In this document: positions 1 through 13,157 of the stretch, in pieces | Position numbering within the stretch: the first letter of the stretch is position 1 | How the letters are laid out: every line of letters begins with the position of its first letter | Source: Hormiphora californensis | Taxonomy: Eukaryota; Animalia; Ctenophora | DNA length: 64,000 nucleotides | Assembly (NCBI GenBank): GCA_020137815.1 | Contig: CM035353.1 | Location: 7,378,001 to 7,442,000 of the forward strand | Reading direction: 5' to 3' | Made by a program: the position numbers and the translations under genes | Notes under the pieces: generated by a model | What the model saw: only the letters and a program-made list of their open reading frames with translations | The model's database searches: none | Told to the model about the DNA's origin: nothing

Positions 1-358
1 AAGATCACAATTAAAACAAAACTTTTTAATTTTAAGCAGTAAAGCCACTAAAAAGTACGTAAACTCATAAGACCACAACAATTCGGACATTAAATTGATT
101 AATGAGATATGTTATTTTTCTTTGGAACTATAAACACTAATGTAACACAAAATCTAATCCAGTGCAGTGTCAGTAATTAGTAATTAGTATGTACCAGTCC
201 TGCAGTTTGCAGGAATATGATGTGCGGAAGAGTCTGAATAGACAACTCATAATATGTATCATTATATTAATATATGTTGTATCACTATACCACACAGTTA
301 GTCACTGAGTTACATATATTAATTATATATCAATATGAATAGGACAATGGGGGGGGGG

Positions 359-359
<1 letters not shown>

Positions 360-390
<31 letters not shown>

Positions 391-496
391 CAGAGACAGA
401 GACAGAGACAGAGACAGAGACAGAGACAGAGACAGAGACAGAGACAGAGAGACAGAGACAGAGAGACAGAGAGACAGAGAGACAGAGAGACAGAGA
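360..496. repeat. (AGAGAC)n microsatellite
   Basis: Direct hexamer array; source of the RD/SL/CL pseudo-ORFs. Confidence 0.95.
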
Positions 497-1882
497 AATA
501 ACGAAAAAAGAGAGGGTGAAAGAAAGTGAGAGCGATTGAGTTCGAATAAATTAAGGTACAATTACATAAAGAGAGCGAACAATTAAAACAATTAAAACAA
601 TTATGGATGACCAATTAACTTTCAAAGTATTATATATGGTGTTAACTTGGATCATTAATTGATAAAGCGAATAATTTATAAGATAGGCATAAATTCCTAC
701 TGAATATGTTAGCATATATAATGGGATATTTACATATGAGTAAAACAAAAGAAAATATTAAAGTTTCTATTCGCTTCGATCGAAACAATACTCCAATATA
801 TGTGGATGTTCATATTTTGATATATGGCAATTATGTTCCACTGTATCGAAGTTATGACTGTAATATTATGTAGTAGTACAGTAGTACTGTATTCAATACA
901 TTACACTATGTATAATGTATATATAATCTAACTGCATTGACGCTTTATGACTAGTCATGACTTCAATGCATGCATTTGTTTAATATAAGTATTCTTTTTA
1001 TCCTCTACAGACATGTATCGATGGCGTGATACCTAATAGTTAAATGCAATTTTATGTGTTGCCAAGAAAGAGTTCAGTTGCCAAAACCACTTCCACGCTA
1101 ATTTATCTGTAGTATACAAATTATCCAGAGTCGATTGGAAATAGTCTATTCCGAATAGAAGTGTGTGTGTTTGTGTGTCTATATAGGATCACAGTAGTAG
1201 TTACAGAACACGTGAGTTTGACCACCCCCCACACCCCTTATACATGTATTATAGCTATGACAACACACAATGGATGGTGGATAGTGGTCTACTAATTTGT
1301 AGAACTACGTAATTTAAACACCGTAATTTAAACACCGCCCAAATTAAGATGAGAATATACTATTTGTACAAAAGTATAAAAGTGAATAGTGAATACTAAT
1401 CATTATCGCACGCATAACGTTCAACTTCGATTTAAAAAACTAAAACACAACGATAATAAGGATTAGGAATTTGGTAAATCAAAAGAAAAGGATTGGGAAC
1501 GTTTGACCATTAAAACACTTAACATACCTGATAGTGATGTGTGGCGAAGTCGTTTATATCTGGATTTACTTTTCACATCCCGAAAGGGGAAACTCCGAAA
1601 TGGTATCATCTTAAATCGATGCAATGTTATCCGGTTTACGTTTTAAGGTAGATCCAGAATATATGTCTTTGGCAGATCTAAGTTTTAGATAAGACTAAGA
1701 TAAGACTATATGCGAGTGTGCATATTATACAACGTTTCTTACACGTCTATCATGGACTACAGTACTTATCAGCGACACATGTTCTGTCTAGCGTTGTAAT
1801 TGGAAAGAGGTAGCTGATATAATGAGCGTTTAAACATTCTTAAGCTAGGTGTTAAAAGTTAATGGTAACCTAGAGCCTATTA

Positions 1883-2211
1883 GGGGGGGGGTGACACGTA
1901 ACACTTTGTAACACTTTGTAACATGTGCAGAAAACTTTTTGTGCACGTTACATGTTACAAAGTGTTACAAAGTGTTACAAAGTGTTACAAAATGTTACAA
2001 AGTGTTACAAAATGTTACAAAGTGTTACAAAATGTTACAAAATGGGCATTTTTTGCAAAATTTTGCAACATTTTGCAACATTTTGTAACACTTTGTAACA
2101 CTTTGTAACACTTTGTAACGCTTGTAACACTTTGTAACATGTGCAGAAAATATTTTGTGCACGTTACATGTTACAAAGTGTTACAAAGTGTTACGTGTCA
2201 CCCCCCCCCCC
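1883..2211. mobile_element. Palindromic MITE built from 10-bp TGTTACAAAG/CTTTGTAACA subrepeats
   Basis: Termini G(n)TGACACGTAACAC...GTGTTACGTGTCAC(C)n, flanked on both sides by TATTA; interior is nested inverted arrays. Confidence 0.85.
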
Positions 2212-2368
2212 TATTATAACTAGGCCAGAGGCCTATATAATATGTGTATAAATAATCAGTATACTGATTATTTATATTATACGACTTTTTTATAGGGCCT
2301 GTACTTAACTTTTATATTATTCGACTCCTTTCTAACTCTAATCTAAACCTGATGGTTGATAGAAAGCA

Positions 2369-2406
<38 letters not shown>

Positions 2407-4899
2407 GGGTTAATGATTGTTGAATACCCTCCCCCTCGTAAGATATATTATACCGGAAATACAGAAACGCTATTGTTGAACTCTTTTAAAAGGTTTTGGT
2501 AACTGTTATGTTTAGTGTTAAAATAGATCCATGGAATGGATTCAAAAAAGATGATTAATGGGGGAGCATTCTTGCAACCTCTGTTATATTTTGGTGTTGG
2601 TCGCTTATGGCGATGTGTAAGTTGTGATCGAGTATAAATCTCCATAGCAACTGAGTTTTCATGATTACATATAACTAACCTCTATTTCTATGGCAAACAA
2701 ATCATTTTAAAATTGTTATATAACTTCACTTACCAGATAGTATTTGTTTAGAAGGGGAGGAACATACAAAGGGACAACATTAAATAGAGAAGTTATAGCG
2801 AGAACTGGTCGATAGATCGGAACTATACGTAATACTACGTACGAAGTAACAACTAGTTAGATACACTAAGTCGTTACTACGGAAGTGTTCCACCACGTGC
2901 TACTAGTCCGAGGAGGGGGAGGAGGGTGAACAAGTTCGAACTTCCTGTATCTTCATGACGTCAAATTAAAGTGCACATGTACAATTAAAGCGCACATGGA
3001 CATTAGAACGCCCTTTAATTGAGGTAATAGGTCACGACAACGACGTCCAATAAGACTATAGTTGTTAAATCTACAATTCAATAAATCTAGAAATAAGGGG
3101 TGCGATGAATTTAAGCGTCCTGAGTAAAGTGCCATGTACTACCCGACATTATAAATACTAGACAGTGTTACCTTGAGCGGTGCCCTCTGAGACAACTATT
3201 GAGATGCTACTTTTCCACAGGGCTGCATAGTGCTTCTTGTTACCATCCATCTTGAGGCGGGTGTGGTTAGGTTGAATGAAGCAGTAATAAAAGGTACTGG
3301 GTATGATTATGGCAGTAAACAGCCGTATGAATTAATTGTCGATGAGTCATTAAACGCGGGGTAATTACAACGATGAACACAGACATATGATTACTGGTAT
3401 CATGGTCGATTAAAGACGGATATTAAGGCATTGATGAGCCATTAAAACAATAAACCGAAACGATGAATTAGGCCAGATATTACCAGAAGATCTGTCAGAG
3501 CATTGGCCTGAAAGCAGAATATGTAATTGGTAACTGGGCTAAAAACTCAGAAACTATAAGGCAGTAGCTTAATAGTTGTCTGCCATAAAGCGATGACTTG
3601 TTGACAGATCATGTCCAATCGTGAAGTAATCATCACCACACGATCATCATAACAACGTTTTAGTCTTTATAATTTACTAAACAGTTTGGATGGAATGAAT
3701 CATTTGGTTACAGGTATATACCGACCCGATCAGTGCACACTGATTCATAACGGGATTTGGCGGCACAGATTTGGATATCGGTTACAATCGTTTTGCAAAT
3801 AATTTAAGTCGACTGTATTTACTATAGATCGAAGACAGGTTCAACAAACGTTTTGCTTTGTACAGGACCATAATTGTTCAGTGCAGACCTAATTGTTCTT
3901 CATAATTACATAATATCTCTCTCTGGATATGCATAAAGAAAAGTAAATACCAGTCAACTACAGAGATAGATAATGATATGCAAACAACATGCTGGCAGAA
4001 ATCGGCAAACAAGAATTCATATATAACGACATATATAACGACATAATGGTAGTACCACTGGTACAGAAAGCATGGAGGGATTTAATTTAACCATAAATAC
4101 TTTTCGGAGTCAGGAATCTCGAAAGTAGATCGATGGTTTAATCGTTAATTGGCCATGATGATGAATTACCGTATAATATAAAGTTTAAAGCATTAAACAA
4201 ACCAACGATTAGATCAGTGCTTCAAAACTATGTTTCATAAAGATGTAAAGCCCCATAAACATGATAAATAAGCGTTAGAAATAGTTCAATGGAAAGTGCT
4301 ACACAGTACCGGTAAATGAAGGAAAACAGATGCTTCATTAGTCATTCACCGTTGCACTTGTTTCAGTTTCTAGTTCTACGTGATCACGTCCATGCAGCAT
4401 GCAGGTTAAGCCATTTCTTGGAATTCTATTGGCATGTGTCCCACAATGTATGTGGGACCCACATATATAATATTAGTATACAATAGGTGCCCATCGGTTA
4501 TATTCACATACGGTAGGGCAACTTCGGGAGACAATGCGTTTAGAGCTAACATCAATAATTGGAACAATAAATACGTAAACAATGAGTGTGACGAAATTGC
4601 CAGTACAGTGGAACCTTTTGTTTTCTACGAGGGTCGAACAAGGCAAGGATCTTTATACAGAGCATTGGCCTGACCCTATTCTCGAGAACTGTGGTCAGAG
4701 CATTGGCCTGACAAATTTAATGAATATACAAAATAGTAAAGACTCGACTGGGGCGAGAATGATGTTGAGATTAAGATATTGCTGTTAGCATTACGCAGTT
4801 GCATAAATGTGCGATGCTCATGATGTCTTATATGTGGCATGTGCGTGAGAGTATAGCGATGATGCAGCTATAAGCGTGACACATACCTTTAACTCTTAC

Positions 4900-5331
4900 T
4901 TGCTCCTTCCGAATGTCCTCTATTCTCACATCTCCTAGTTCTCTTGTGGCGGGACCTGCCAGTACGATAGACCGGGATGATCCTGCAGAGTTTTTCACTC
5001 TGCCATTATCAGTTGGACCATTGCCTGCACCTGTCACAATCAGTTTGGTGGATTTTCGTGGTTTTACAACTCGATGTTTTGGGACTCCATTCTGCTGCTC
5101 CTTCCTCGACACAACCACGCCAGGTTGGCAGCTATCTTGATATGAAGCATTGTGAAACACCACACCTTCCTTTTTTATGGTAGCTTCCTTGCCTTGACGA
5201 TTGAATGTTTGAAGGGTTCCACTAGATTCTGATCGGTGTGTTGGATTTATATTGTGTGATCTTACATTAGGAATGACCCCAGATAGCACCAGGTCTACTG
5301 GTACCAGATCTACCGCCCTGGTCGTCTCCAT
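4900..5331 (-). CDS. Probable coding exon (144 aa, METTRAV...IRKEQ) of an unknown gene, with downstream candidate micro-exons at 3484-3507 and ~3172-3195
   Basis: Open frame bounded by ccatttag acceptor and CAA|GTAAGA donor; in-phase 24-nt exon ANALTDLL (tttcag|...|gtaata); no recognisable domain. Confidence 0.45.
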
Positions 5332-5442
5332 TATATCCTAAATGGCAATTCAGAGATTAAAAGTAATGGCGGTAGTGGTAAATAAATTGTTTCAGTTTCA
5401 CATCAAGTTATCAAAGGATTGCTGAGAAGGCCCTTTTAGTTT

Positions 5443-5719
5443 CGCAGTCTGTCCATTCGGCGCCCTTCGGCCCGGTGTGAGAGCTGACAGACGAGGAACA
5501 TATTAATTTTAGTTATACGCAGCTGTTTAAAAAAGAGACAACCAATTTACGAGGGTAACTGATTAGCCCTTCAGTCTTCACAGTAATTCAACAAAAAGTG
5601 ATCTATGCTGCCCTTTTTCCCTATTCTCAGCTCAAATTATAATAGGAATTCGCTTTTCTTTGACATGTTCCCAGTCTGTCGGATCTCACACCGGGTCGAA
5701 GGCGAATGGACAGACTGCG
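5443..5719. mobile_element. MITE with ~45-bp imperfect TIRs
   Basis: CGCAGTCTGTCCATTCG..CCCGGTGTGAGA vs TCTCACACCGGG..CGAATGGACAGACTGCG. Confidence 0.75.
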
Positions 5720-7110
5720 TAGCATGGCAAGCTTTTCTCTAAGCATTTAAATTTACGTTGGAAATTGAAGTAGCAAGATACGGCGGAAAGTGCAAAGCGT
5801 GGGTTAGTTCCACTATTATAGGTATCTCAGGAGACTTGCTCCTTCAATTTCCAAGTAGACTGTAAATTAAATCAAATTAGTTACCACCCTTGAATTAGAC
5901 CTTAATCAAGGTCTAACTCAAGTCTGTGTCATTTTGCTAAATTAGTTTAGGTAAACGTGTGTCATTTGCCATGGTGCACCATTCACCTGACGAAAGAACA
6001 GCGTCATAAACAGCACAAAGTCTGACCCCATCCGAGCTCACTGTCGCTCAAATCAATCAAATGGATGGGCAGCCACCAGACAGCACAAAGTTAGACAAGA
6101 AGCAAGGCGGTTACTATCTGATCTGTGCACTATGCATATATGGCGGGGTTTACAAAGAACTATACTGAATTAGCTCTTAACAGACGACCAAGATCCAAGA
6201 CAAAAAAGAAACAATGAAACTTTTCTCCTGATTCTACTTCTAGAATTTACAAATTATGAATTATACAGTCGGACCCCAATTTACCGGGATGGTTCATGAA
6301 ATGAAATATATACAATTTTTGAGTCGGTCAATTTTTACAAAAGGTTCATTCACGCTGTACGAAAGGAAAGAAATTTGGTGAACAATGCAACAATTGATCA
6401 ATAATCAACTCTTTTGACCAGTGTGTAACAAAAGAGGTTTAATTTCTCAAGCTAATTCCATTTATGTAGCCTTTATACAAAGAGAAGGTAAATAATGTAC
6501 GACGGGGCTGCTCGTATCAGTGGGAGTAGACATGGTTGTGTGAGTAGTAAAGGACAAAGTTGAAGACAGCTGGATTCTTGGTAGATTGAAGATAAAGAAG
6601 TCGTAACACACGAGCAAACGTATAGATACTTGTAGAATATAAGTTCTGAGTCTTGACTCGAAAGCTAAAGTCACGGCTGGTAACTCTTTCTAGAATATCA
6701 CACACTTTCAAAGTCTCTCTCTCTAGATTTCTCTTTGCGCTACAGTAACAGGTCACGTGACCTCGGATCCTTGAGGTGAGGCGATCTCCCACTCGACTGC
6801 TGTAATGAGGGTCCTTAGAGAAGATGACACCACAGAACTGTCTCGGCGACAGATCTACTACTCTAGGCTGCTAGAGGTCTTGGAATGCTGGACTAGAAGG
6901 GATTGTAGATACTATCTCTGCGATAGATTTAGCTAATTACCCTAGAGCTGCTAGGGGTCTTGATTACGTAGAATTACCCCAGCCTGGATAGCAGCAGCTG
7001 GCTGGCTCACTCTCAATACCACAGAGATCAGAGAGAAAGGATTGTAGATACTATCTCTGCGATAGATTTAACTACCCTAGAGCTGCTAGGGGTCTTGTTC
7101 AAGTATGTAT

Positions 7111-7777
7111 ATACCCTGCTAACTTAAATAATGCGCCAGTCCCACTAGCGCGCTCTCAGTAAACAGCCAGTCCAGCGGCAGATTATTTCCCACTGGCAGG
7201 TTATTTGTTTTTAACTCCTACGTAACATTCAAAGTGTGTGTAAATGATCAGTTCTTACTAAAATACAGAGGGAACACTATGTGCAACACCTACACACTAC
7301 ATTGGAGAGAAAGAAAGAACACATTCCGTCAATTACTCTCTCTTTATCTCCCCTTTTGTCTCACTATCTCTTTCTCTGTGTTATTTGTGACATGCCCCTT
7401 ATCAGGCTATTTCTTTCACTCTCTTTCCTTAGCAACTGCTTAGTAACTGTTACCAAACAGTGTACACTCAATTGTGAGGTGTTTTTAACTATTTCTCAGT
7501 TCTCTTTGTGTGTTTTGATTAGTGTTCTCTCTCTTGTTGGTGTGTAATACTTGAAATAAACAACTAAAGCAGGGTATATAACCCATAAACTCTGACCACT
7601 GGCACGTTATAGGTTTAAACCCCTCCGCCTCTCCCTCGGCTCCGCCTCGGGATCGTCGTCGTGATTTAAACCAGTTTATCCGCCAGCGGCGGATAAACTC
7701 CAGCTAACTTCTCCCAGCGGCGCGCTGGGAGAAAGTTATCTGAAATAACGCGCCAGTGGCCAGAGTTTATGCCTCAT
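7111..7777. mobile_element. Non-autonomous DNA element nested in the 3' LTR
   Basis: Absent from the 5' LTR (empty site GTATGTATAAATC); ATATA at both ends; internal inverted repeats ACCCTGCT/AGCAGGGT and CATAAACTCTG.CCACTGGC. Confidence 0.85.
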
Positions 7778-10596
7778 ATAAATCTGAATATTCTGAATAT
7801 CGGTTAGGTGACAAACTAGTGTGAGTTTCAGACTCGCACATACTTCCCTCCCTCTGAGAGAAATGATCATTCCTGAAAAATCGAACATAACACCATGCAA
7901 ATATTCAAATAATAATCAGCTGAGCCGAGTGCCACAATGGCGCTATAAAGTAGTTGATAATCAGCTGAAAAACAACGCGATAATAAGCTGCCAAATGATC
8001 CATGCTCGCTGCACAGCTCTGATACGATCTGGGCAGGCTGCTGCCATGTGAAAACGTGGTCCAAGAATATTGATATGCATGTCATGAAAATGATGCGTAA
8101 AGACTATCTGTGGCTGCACAGATTCTCCCCCCTCTCCAGCGAGAGATAAGGGCCTAGATGCACAAAATGCGCACAAAGACGAACTGACTGAACTCACTGA
8201 ACGGATAAACCAGTACACATTAATTTTATGCTACTAAATGAACTGTATGACAACTCTTTATGGTAAAGATATTTGTATGGCTGCGTTGTTTCACTGGGGC
8301 TGTCCAGTGTTGATTCGAATACGGACGACTTGCTTGTCCAATATTCTCCAGAATAAAACTAGTAAATCATTGCTTTATTCTGTGCCAAGTAACGAGGTTT
8401 TCGGGAGCTTGCCATTTGCATCGGGTCCCAACTAATGAACCGCGACAAAACCAGTAGATATCTCCCACAAGCTGACCGTATAACGGTAGTGCGAACATTC
8501 CAGCAGATTATCTGAATCTCTCAGGTGTAGCTGCCAAACAGTAGAAACGACAAATAACGGGTCAAGTGGTTCAAGGGACGGTCTCGTCGTTGATCTTGTC
8601 AAATCAGATCTTTCTGGATCAGGAGATACAACTTACACACTTCAGCTGTGAAAGTGCCATTCAGCTTCCACAATTTACAGCAGGATCGTGGCGAGTTCTC
8701 CAATCAAGCAGGTCAATAAATTCAGGAATTCACGACTTGTAGCGGGTCGTCATCTTATCTTCGTCAAAGGGCAGAAACGGTTGATCTGGCAACGTCGAAA
8801 TCATCAGTAGAGTTCACAGTCCGGTCTGCAATCTTGTCTGCAATAAGTGAAGTTCAAAACTGCTCTGTGAAACGCAGCTGAGTGCTGCACTCAGTTCAAT
8901 AAAGTTTACACCCAGCGGTGTAATTGTATGAAAGCACACCTGCAAGGGTGGTTTTAATGGGAAGAGCGACAAGTGAGTGTGGCCGCACACAAAAAGAAGT
9001 GTCTGAATTTGTCCTGCTGGGACAGAAATTCAGGGATCTCTGTTACAAAACAATCATTAGAATCCAGCGATCCCAATACAGCAACTATACAAGTAAATAC
9101 TTAAACACTAGACCGACCAGCTGAGTCAGACACATTCAAATACCGGATCAGAGGTCGCTGAACATGATTAGGGCCTAGACAAGTAACCATTATTGTGATA
9201 CACGTGCTGATGTGTAAGTGTGACATGCAGATGTTTCAATCTCAAAATAGCGGCAGCGGTACTAAAAGTGTGTACCAATCGTACACTAGATCAACGTTAA
9301 TCAATTCATCATTAACTTGTACTTTGTTGAGTAAGGGCACCCTTGCTCGACAACTTGTACTTGGATCAGTACAGCAGGTAACTACAACTACAACTGAAGT
9401 TAAAATCGAAGTCACAGGCAGAGTGTCAAAATCGGCAGAAACCACAAAACAAACAGAAATGATTGTAAGAAATCAGAATCATTCTAGATCGGTCTAGATC
9501 AGAAAAAGGTAATTTCCAGCATGCGGCTTACGAATTTTGTAGTACGGCTGGCTCGGTGTAGCTCTTAAGAAACGGACAATCAGGTCGTGAACGTACTCCA
9601 ACTGGGAGCTTCTGCTGCAAGCTTCATCTTCTCTACGGCAGTCTTCTGTCTTCTAGCACTGGGTTTCACGACCAATAAGAGACACTTCATCTGTACTGAT
9701 CGGGACCACGTTAGCAACACACCACCATAAATCTTTGTTGTAATCGTAATCATTCGTGCTACGCCACGTACCATTAATCGGGATTTACGCTATCGGGAAT
9801 GCTGAAACATTCTGTCTGTGTTAGTAATACAAAGCAGTTGAATGGCCGGCCCAATTCAACTGGGTTAGGAGAACCAATCTTTGTAATACTAAACTGGATG
9901 ACCGGATCCGGTCCAATGACTTGGTCATTAAAAACAAACATAACAGCTACCCTGACAACCTGAGAAGGTTAAATAATGATGTGCCTAGGTCTGGTAACCT
10001 GCACCTTACCATGGGTTTAACACGGCTTACCACTGCGTCTCTATTTATGAGCTGTCAAGGGACGTCTTAGAAGCTGCGCCCACACTCTCCAGATGGAGGC
10101 TCGGAACTTGCAGAAGTCCTTCCATGACTCAGTAGCTGACTGGTCACAGGCAATGGTACGAATAGGAGGCGGTGTTGATCCAGATCCATGACCCCTCCTG
10201 TCCCAGGTCAGGGCCTACAATTGGTAGTGGTTCTCTCAATATTATCATCAAATAGGGATCCTTTCGGTATTGCTTGTCGTATTATCAATTCTGTATCTCG
10301 TTGTCAAATCCCTGTATCGGAACTAGTTCTTCTAACAAATATTCTGGTCCCTCTATCTTTCTGCTGGTTGCACTGTAAAACGACTGAGGGGTTAGTGGTT
10401 CAACAGCCCGGGGGCTGAAATGAAAGGGGTAACTAGTTAAGGTTGCCCCGGACAAACAAGGAATAAACAATAACTCAAGAAAAGGCTATACTAAACTATC
10501 AGTTCACCTGTTGCGTTGTCAGGCGAGAACTCATCATCTCCAAAAACAGTGCGTAGATTGTAGATCTCCACATTCCCGTACACACTCTAACTGTAT

Positions 10597-11607
10597 CTAG
10601 TAGTCGTGATCAGAAAAGTAGTTGTAGGCAGGTTCCTGCATCATAGTCAAATTCACCATCGAAGGCTCGAACGGTTGTGCCTCGGGATCCAATGAAGCAC
10701 CAAATTGATCAGGAAAGGGGCTTTGGTTCGGTGGTAAAATCTGCTGTCTGTCCCCAGCGGCAGAGACGTTTAAAACTCGTGCAGGCATTGCTGACACCTC
10801 TATGTTACACAATTCACTGTTCATAATTTGCCTGGATTTGTAGGACCGCTCCAACTGTTTTGCCTCCTGTACTAGTTCGTCAAAACTCATTTTATCCATA
10901 TTTTGAATCAGGCGGACACCAATAACATCAAGTAGTACTCCTGAGATAAGGGCATCCCTCATGTTAGCTTCACGTGCCTTGGTTTCTGCAGGAAACCCGA
11001 TTTCTCCAAGTTTACGAATTCGCTCCACAAACTCTTGTACTGATTCACCGGCCCTCTGCTTGGCTCCTTTGAGAGACAGACGTGCATCTAAAGGTGACAG
11101 TGTGTATGGACCGTCCAAAATCTCCGAAGCAACTGCCTTAAATTCGGCCCATGACTCAGTATCCGAATGATGTCTCCTCTCAAGCCTGCCCTGACAGTCA
11201 AGGTCCAGGTACGTCATGAATGCATCGATTGCTTCTCTGTCTGACAAGTTGGCTGCATTCTTGTATACCTCAAATCCACGGAGGTAGTCACGGATATCCA
11301 TCGCAATAGGATCAAAGGGTTGAGGCTTCCTTCCGACAATCATCTTCACAGGAACCGAAGGGTTACAAGAGGAAGAATTAGGGACGAGCTGGTCCGTTGC
11401 CTGAGAAACAGTAGAGAAAGATGCCTGAATCTCCTCGCGGTATTGGTCTAGGATCTGCATCAGTAGAACTTTATCGTCTGGTTGCACGCTGAGTTTCTTC
11501 TCCGCAAGAATCTGATCGAGCTGAGACTCACTCCACCCAGGATGCGGACCACTGGTCACAGCACCATTTTGTACGACGGGGCTGCTCGTATCAGTGGGAG
11601 TAGACAT
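10597..11607 (-). CDS. gag: Retrotransposon Gag/capsid-like protein, 336 aa (MSTPTD...)
   Basis: Intact ORF directly after the 5' LTR; capsid-like motifs YLRGFE, W.EFK, AKQRAGESVQEFVERIRKL, RDALISG. Confidence 0.85.
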   Translation of the reverse strand: MSTPTDTSSPVVQNGAVTSGPHPGWSESQLDQILAEKKLSVQPDDKVLLMQILDQYREEIQASFSTVSQATDQLVPNSSSCNPSVPVKMIVGRKPQPFDPIAMDIRDYLRGFEVYKNAANLSDREAIDAFMTYLDLDCQGRLERRHHSDTESWAEFKAVASEILDGPYTLSPLDARLSLKGAKQRAGESVQEFVERIRKLGEIGFPAETKAREANMRDALISGVLLDVIGVRLIQNMDKMSFDELVQEAKQLERSYKSRQIMNSELCNIEVSAMPARVLNVSAAGDRQQILPPNQSPFPDQFGASLDPEAQPFEPSMVNLTMMQEPAYNYFSDHDY

Positions 11608-12355
11608 GGTTGTGTGAGTAGTAAAGGACAAAGTTGAAGACAGCTGGATTCTTGGTAGATTGAAGATAAAGAAGTGTAACACACGAGCAAACGTATAGAT
11701 ACTTGTAGAGAATAAGTTCTGAGTCTTGACTCGAAAGCTAAAGTCACGGCTGGTAACTCTTTCTAGAATATCACACACTTCAAAGTCTCTCTCTCTAGAT
11801 TTCTCTTTGCGCTACAAGTAACAGGTCACGTGACCTCGGATCTTGAGGTGAGGCGATCTCCACTCGACTGCTGTAATGAGGGTCCTTAGAGAAGATGACA
11901 CCACAGAACGGTCTCGGCGACCAGATCTACTACATCTAGGCTGCTAGAGGTCTTGGAATGCTGGACTAGAAGGGATTGTAGATACTATCTCTGCGATAGC
12001 TAGATTTAGCTAATTACCCTAGAGCTGCTAGGGGTCTTGATTACGTAGAATTACCCCAGACTGGATAGCAGCGCTGGCTGGCTCACTCTCAATACCACAG
12101 AGATCGAGAGAGAAAGGATTGTAGATACTATCTCTGCGAAGATTTAATACCTAGAGCTGCTAGGGGCTTGTTCAAGTATGTATAAATCTGAATATTCTGA
12201 ATATCGGTTAGGTGACAAACTAGTGTGAGTTTCAGACTCGCACAATAAGACCTGCATATTGAATATGATATTAGGTTTTCCCAGGAATATTGTCCTATTC
12301 GTCATCTTCTCATGAACGTTAATCGACGCTGCCATCTGAAGTTGCCCAGAAACAA

Positions 12356-12636
12356 TAGCCCTCACTTGGGTTTTGCGAAATTTTCCACGGTCATTGCTTG
12401 AAATTTTCAGGTTAGGAAGATTGTTGGCTCCATTGCAACCTATTCTCGCTCCGCGAAGATGTATGTGAGATCGATCTCAGTCGCGCGCGACGTCGATCTC
12501 ACTCAGGTATCAATGTGGCCAAGGAAGATTGAAGAACCTCGACATGATGTTCTTAACCTCAAAGTTTCATGTTTCTATCTCATCAGAGAGTGGAGCAATG
12601 ACCGTGGGAAATTTCACAAAACCCAAGTAAGGGCTA
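12356..12636. mobile_element. MITE with ~42-bp TIRs
   Basis: TAGCCCTCACTTGGGTTTTGCGAAATTTTCCACGGTCATTGC vs GCAATGACCGTGGGAAATTTCACAAAACCCAAGTAAGGGCTA. Confidence 0.8.
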
Positions 12637-13009
12637 TAAGTATAATTATTGTTTCTTTTAGGACCAGTGCTTCTTGGGCACTTGCCAGAGACATCGCTTC
12701 GGCGATAGTTCATTGGGGGCTTATTCATAGGCTACTACTAGTACTAGTCTCAAGGGACCAACTTACAAAATAGTAGCAGGGTATGTTAGAAGAAACGAAG
12801 AAGGAGACACCAGACGGCACTGCAGAACTGGATATACTTTGTTGAGTGTGACACCCTTCCCCCTTACTCAACAAGATATACTTGGCCTATTTGTGTTCAC
12901 TTTCACTGAAAGTTTCAGTTGCCTAACCTATCTAGCTCTACAAAGGGGGTTCACAGTGTGAACTTCACACCATCAAGATAGCAGTTTCATCTAAGGCCTT
13001 GCCTTACTC

Positions 13010-13157
13010 AACAAAATTTGTCATCTAACGCGACCGTCAAAATTGCGTGCGAGATCGTTACTGTGAGAATGGGGGAGAGAGAATTTTGACAGCGCTCCAG
13101 TGTGACTGGCTCGAAAATCAAAATTTTGATTTTGGCGTAGAGCTGTGTGCTGACCCT
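13010..13157. mobile_element. Diverged half-copy of the MITE family at 34216-34486
   Basis: Shares CCGTCAAAAT.GCG.GCGAGAT.GTTACT, GAATGGGGGAGAG and the terminal TGTG.TGACCC. Confidence 0.65.

Larger units (their letters stand above)
6496..12244 (-). mobile_element. Gypsy-like LTR retrotransposon, non-autonomous (gag only)
   Basis: 5' LTR 12244-11570 and 3' LTR 7830-6496, both TG...CA; 4-bp TSD ATAA (6492-6495, 12245-12248); PBS TGGTGCTGTGACC at 11566-11554 (resembles a tRNA-His PBS); PPT AGAGGGAGGGAAGTA at 7845-7831. Confidence 0.92.

Noticed and set aside
319-614. RD/SL/ER dipeptide ORFs here and at all (GA)n/(TC)n tracts
   Set aside because: Microsatellite translations.
7846-10596. pol or env gene in the LTR element
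   Set aside because: Only short ORFs and no catalytic motifs recognised.
11570-12244. Dating the insertion from LTR divergence
   Set aside because: Differences are mostly scattered 1-bp indels typical of long-read consensus errors.
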